From NCBI GenBank assembly GCA_964347045.1, contig CAYFXC010000002.1, positions 1 through 64,000 of the forward strand: a stretch of DNA of 64,000 nt, read 5' to 3'. This document shows, piece after piece, positions 59,904-64,000 of the stretch. This stretch comes from an uncultured archaeon. GTDB taxonomy: Archaea; Asgardarchaeota; Hermodarchaeia; Hermodarchaeales; Hermodarchaeaceae. The translations under genes were made by a program, and so were the position numbers. How positions within the stretch are numbered: position 1 is the stretch's first letter; each line of letters starts with the position of its first letter. The notes under the pieces are model-generated. The model was not told the DNA's origin. It made no database searches and was given only the letters and a program-made list of their open reading frames with translations.

Positions 59904-60035
59904 TCAGTAGTATCCCCATGTAGGAGTAATAAGGTAAAGCGCCCTTTTGCCTTCATAGCGAATTACCCGGGAATCATGCATTTTTCTATGGTTGTTTACG
60001 CTCCCTTAGAAAGCATCAAGAAATGAATTCAGATG

Positions 60036-60647
60036 CTACTTTGATGGATTAAGTTCTGTTAAAACGAGGTTCACATCATCAACTAGTTCAGGTGGATCTT
60101 TGACGTTTTGAAAAGATGCAGCTATCGCATAAACCGCGTTGATTTGTGGACGAGAAAGGCCTTGACTTCTCAAATCTCGAACACGTTGAATCAAAGAATG
60201 AATAGCAGGGTAAATTTGAGTTGTTAAATAATCTTGAAAGACTTCACGTTTATTGACATCCACATAGTGGACTTCAACACCATATTTGTAACACGCACCC
60301 AAGATCCGCTCACGGATTTCTTCAGTGGCCACACCAATAGGAATCACAACAACGGGTGTACCTTCAGGCATAGCAACCTTATTTTGCACAGCCCGACCCA
60401 CGGCTTCATACACATCACCCGGGCTCCGAATCCATTTAGCTTCAGCAAGAAGTATTCGACTTCCAGACTTTGCCAACAAATCCACTACGCCCCCCGGAAT
60501 CGTAGCCTTTTGCTCAACGTCATACCCGCTAGCTTCTAGATGCCTTCGATATACTGATAATAGAAGATACTCTGACATAATATCACTTCTATCATGTACA
60601 ATAGTTTCAAAGAACCTTTTGAGATTGTCGGCACTTGATCTCAACAC
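60036..60647 (-). CDS. PD-(D/E)xK nuclease-fold protein
   Basis: GVVDLLA...LAEAK, AVGRA. Confidence 0.65.
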   Translation of the reverse strand: MLRSSADNLKRFFETIVHDRSDIMSEYLLLSVYRRHLEASGYDVEQKATIPGGVVDLLAKSGSRILLAEAKWIRSPGDVYEAVGRAVQNKVAMPEGTPVVVIPIGVATEEIRERILGACYKYGVEVHYVDVNKREVFQDYLTTQIYPAIHSLIQRVRDLRSQGLSRPQINAVYAIAASFQNVKDPPELVDDVNLVLTELNPSK

Positions 60648-60782
60648 CTAGAAGTTACCAATTTTACTTAGAAGCAAGAAAAGGTATAGAGGAAGGAGTG
60701 ACGCAGCCTTTCCTAATTCAAAAATTAAACGCCTAAATAGAAGGAGAGTACTTTCTGTAATAATTGACAGGATTTTTTCTCT

Positions 60783-61235
60783 TTGAGTAAATCAAAGAAG
60801 AGCAAAAAACAATCAAGGATTAGAGCGAATGCAAGATCTATAATAATCGTAGTGATCTTAATCACTATCTTCAGCGGTGTTTCATTTTATCTGGGAATGG
60901 CCACTCCCCGTACTTTTACCACACCTGTCAATCTTAGTGGTTTTACCTTATCATTGAACGATGACATCACCGTGATTTATGGTCCAGCCCATACTGGTAT
61001 CAGAATAACATTTCAGGTTACGTCCCAATCACATTCATGGACCCTTGACATTAGAGATATAAATGGAGCTCCAGTCGGTATGCTATCAGATTGGGGGACT
61101 GGAATCTTCTCAACTCCTTGGCTTTACGCTCCAGGCGGTTGTATCATTCTGATACATTCATCATCTAGCTCTCCAACTAGCATGAATTTAGATGGGATTC
61201 TAACAATTATATCGAGTCGATTCCCCTTTATCTAA
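60783..61235 (+). CDS. Hypothetical membrane-anchored protein
   Basis: Basic N-terminus, one TM helix, beta-rich domain. Confidence 0.55.
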   Translation: MSKSKKSKKQSRIRANARSIIIVVILITIFSGVSFYLGMATPRTFTTPVNLSGFTLSLNDDITVIYGPAHTGIRITFQVTSQSHSWTLDIRDINGAPVGMLSDWGTGIFSTPWLYAPGGCIILIHSSSSSPTSMNLDGILTIISSRFPFI

Positions 61236-61422
61236 TTACACGACGCAATTTTTTGTCAAGTCCAACATCAGGTATAGCTTTCCATATTCGAAAGCTGTGT
61301 GACCATATCGTCAACCAGCTTCGTCCATCAAAATCACTCAAAGATTGAGTATCAGAGCCTTCAATAGTAAATTGGTAGAATAAAAAAACAAAGATAGAAT
61401 TTCCATTTTAAGAGATGAAGCT

Positions 61423-63519
61423 ATGACAAAGAAATCGAGAAAGCAACCAAACCAGCTGATTGATGAAAAGAGCCCTTACCTTTTGCAACATGCCTACAAT
61501 CCTGTTAATTGGTATCCATGGGGCGAAAAAGCGTTTACGAAGGCAAAAAAGGAGAACAAGCCCATTTTTCTTTCTATTGGGTATAGTACATGCCACTGGT
61601 GCCATGTCATGGAACGTGAATCCTTTGAAAACCCTCGCATCGCGAAGCTGATGAATGATGTATTTGTGAATATCAAGGTTGACCGTGAAGAGCGCCCGGA
61701 TATAGATTCACTTTACATGTCGGTTGCTCAAATGATGACCGGAAGCGGTGGTTGGCCACTAACCATTATTATGCGTCCAGATAAGAATCCGTTTTTTGCA
61801 GCAACCTATATCCCACCGAAATCGCGGTTTGGTCGGATTGGGATGGATGAATTAATTCCGGAAATCCAACGATTATGGACTCATAATCGCAATCGATTAG
61901 ACACTATTTCGAAGAATATTCAAAATAGCCTTGAAGCATCGGCTACTGGGTCCTCTGGAGCGGAATTAAGTGAAGGCGTTTTAGAAATCGCATATGACAG
62001 ATTACGGGAACGATTTGATGAACAACATGGTGGTTTTGGATTTCGTCCCAAGTTCCCATCACCGCATAATCTTTTATTTTTGCTCCGTTACTGGAAGCGA
62101 ACGCGAAATCCTGAAGCACTTCGGATGGTTGAAAAAACCTTACAGTCATTGCGGTTGGGCGGCATCTTTGATCATATAGGATTTGGTTTTCATCGCTATT
62201 CAACGGATTCAAAGTGGCTCCTACCTCACTTTGAAAAAATGCTTTATGATCAAGCCATGTTAACATTGGCATATGTTGAAGCCTTCCAGGCAACACGAAA
62301 GGGTGAATATGCTCAAACTGCTCGAGAGATACTTACCTATGTACTCCGTGACATGACGAGTCCAGCAGGAGGTTTCTATTCAGCGGAGGATGCAGATAGT
62401 GAAGGAGAGGAAGGTAAATTCTATGTTTGGTCTGAACAAGAAGTTCGAAATGTGTTATCAAAGAAGGAAGCGAAAAAATTTCTTAGTGTGTTTAATTTTG
62501 AATCGCAAGGAAACTTTCTGGAAGAGGCAACAGGAAAGCGTATGGGCACAAATATACCACATCTAGCGCGATCCATCTCCAAAGAAGCCGTAGCAGAGAA
62601 ACTGACAATAAAAGCATTAACAAATCTATTAGAGGGTGCTCGACAAAAGCTCTTTACTGTTCGAGAAAAGCGGATTCATCCCCATAAAGATGACAAGATA
62701 CTTGTCGACTGGAATGGCCTAATGATTGCCGCGTTGGCCAAAGCAGGTAGAATTCTTGGAGAACCAAAATATACGAAAGCCGCAAAACATGCCGCTAATT
62801 TTGTTTTCCAAGAAATGTATAAGGATGGACGTCTTTTGCACCGATTTCGGGATGGAGAAGCAGTAATTCCAGCCTTTCTAGATGATTATGCATTCATGAT
62901 TTGGGGTTTACTTGAACTATACGAAACAACTCTTACACCTGAATATCTAGCAAAAGCCATTGCATTAAATGAAATATTACTCTCTCATTTTTGGGATGAT
63001 AAGAACGGTGGATTCTTCTTCACCGCTGACGACGCGGAAAGGTTGCTTGTTCGGAAAAAAGATGCATACGATGGTGCTATTCCCTCTGGAAATTCAGTGG
63101 CAATGCTGAATCTACTACGGTTGAGCCGAATTACGGCGGATGCCGATTTAGAATCCAAAGCGGCAAAAACCGGACAGGCGTTTTCCAGTAATGTTCTCGG
63201 GGCTCCAGTAGGATTCACCCAGATGATTAGTGCTGTTGATTTTGCGGTTGGTCCAACCTTTGAAATAGTCTTAATTGGAGATCGAACAGCCCCTGACACT
63301 CTTACTATGATTCAAGCAATTACTAATCGATTTATACCAAACAAAGTGCTACTGCTAGTTCCTGAAAAAGATGAAGAACAAATAACTCAGCTTGCCCCCT
63401 TTACTAGGGAGTATACACGAATTAATGGGAAGACAACAGTCTACGTGTGTAGTAATCATCAATGCCAACTACCAACCACTGAAATTAAAAAAATGCTAAA
63501 ACAACTGAAAGAAACTTAG
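61423..63519 (+). CDS. YyaL/SSP411 thioredoxin-domain protein
   Basis: [45 protein letters not shown]. Confidence 0.93.
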   Translation: MTKKSRKQPNQLIDEKSPYLLQHAYNPVNWYPWGEKAFTKAKKENKPIFLSIGYSTCHWCHVMERESFENPRIAKLMNDVFVNIKVDREERPDIDSLYMSVAQMMTGSGGWPLTIIMRPDKNPFFAATYIPPKSRFGRIGMDELIPEIQRLWTHNRNRLDTISKNIQNSLEASATGSSGAELSEGVLEIAYDRLRERFDEQHGGFGFRPKFPSPHNLLFLLRYWKRTRNPEALRMVEKTLQSLRLGGIFDHIGFGFHRYSTDSKWLLPHFEKMLYDQAMLTLAYVEAFQATRKGEYAQTAREILTYVLRDMTSPAGGFYSAEDADSEGEEGKFYVWSEQEVRNVLSKKEAKKFLSVFNFESQGNFLEEATGKRMGTNIPHLARSISKEAVAEKLTIKALTNLLEGARQKLFTVREKRIHPHKDDKILVDWNGLMIAALAKAGRILGEPKYTKAAKHAANFVFQEMYKDGRLLHRFRDGEAVIPAFLDDYAFMIWGLLELYETTLTPEYLAKAIALNEILLSHFWDDKNGGFFFTADDAERLLVRKKDAYDGAIPSGNSVAMLNLLRLSRITADADLESKAAKTGQAFSSNVLGAPVGFTQMISAVDFAVGPTFEIVLIGDRTAPDTLTMIQAITNRFIPNKVLLLVPEKDEEQITQLAPFTREYTRINGKTTVYVCSNHQCQLPTTEIKKMLKQLKET

Positions 63520-63533
63520 CGAGACTAGAATGT

Positions 63534-63854
63534 TTATGGCCTCTGCACTTTCATACAAAGGAAGGTTGGTTTGGTTGAAACTTTTTCATAGTCTTCAGGA
63601 TTGACTTTTTGAAACTCTCTTAGGGGTTGAGCTTCCAGGACTTTTTTGATTTGGAACCCAGCTTCAATTAAAGGTTCAAAGATCGATGGGAGAGAACGGT
63701 GGTAAAAAGGAACAATAACTGGTTCACCGAAACCAGTCCAAAGCCACTCGACCCGTTGTGTTTCAAAATAGTTCTTTCCTACTCGCATTAGTGAGGGATC
63801 ATATGGATGAACTGTGGAAAAAACAACTGTACCACCGGGTTTAAGGATGCGGTA
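63534..63854 (-). pseudogene. C-terminal fragment of a class I SAM-dependent methyltransferase
   Basis: YRILKPGGTVVFSTVHP...FYHRSL...EAGF. An in-frame TAG lies shortly upstream and there is no motif I. Confidence 0.6.
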
Positions 63855-64000
63855 ATAGTTATAATTCCCTGGCTTTTTATCACGCCTGGTATTCCTCTAT
63901 TCATCTATTCGATTGGTCCTTGGATAATCTCGATTTCAATTGAAGGACTTCATCGAACGGCAATATTCACAATGAGAATTTGGACTTGTCTTGCCGCTCT

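Noticed and set aside
686-63299. Numerous short antisense or alternate-frame ORFs in the track
   Set aside because: They lie inside well-supported genes and show no recognisable motifs.
1-64000. rRNA, tRNA, CRISPR arrays, transposases, integrases, selenoprotein read-through
   Set aside because: None recognised by eye; intergenic gaps are short and AT-rich. A covariance-model scan would be needed to exclude small RNAs.

Overview
Gene-dense archaeal chromosomal window, most likely from an Asgard archaeon. This is inferred from a Rab-like GTPase, a longin/uDENN-like protein, a schizorhodopsin-type opsin, form III Rubisco, and archaeal TATA boxes and GGTGA/GGAGG ribosome-binding sites. Contents in order: (1) the 3' part of a complex I-like operon, nuoD-H-I-J-K-M-L-M-N, with two NuoM genes and a NuoL lateral helix about 52 aa longer than usual; (2) a ~12 kb light/photo-oxidative stress island with crtB, crtI, the haloarchaeal-type C50 operon crtD-lyeJ-cruF, CPD photolyase, a Stay-green (Mg-dechelatase family) homolog, BCP peroxiredoxin, fasciclin, an unusual schizorhodopsin-like opsin (F-S-S motif with an Asp in helix B), an ATP10-like protein and a DUF2867 SDR; (3) a membrane redox module (FixCX, DoxD-like, NarI/HdrE-like and HdrD-like proteins), with two paralogous HTH/Cys-rich regulators bracketing the light island; (4) a Rab GTPase facing a longin/Zn-ribbon protein, trpB2, a split peptide ABC transporter, a presenilin-like protease, Rubisco III, a CoA-transferase, pyk and housekeeping or accessory genes, including two gene remnants. 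I saw no rRNA, tRNA, CRISPR array or transposase. All family assignments come from motif recognition by eye, not database searches.
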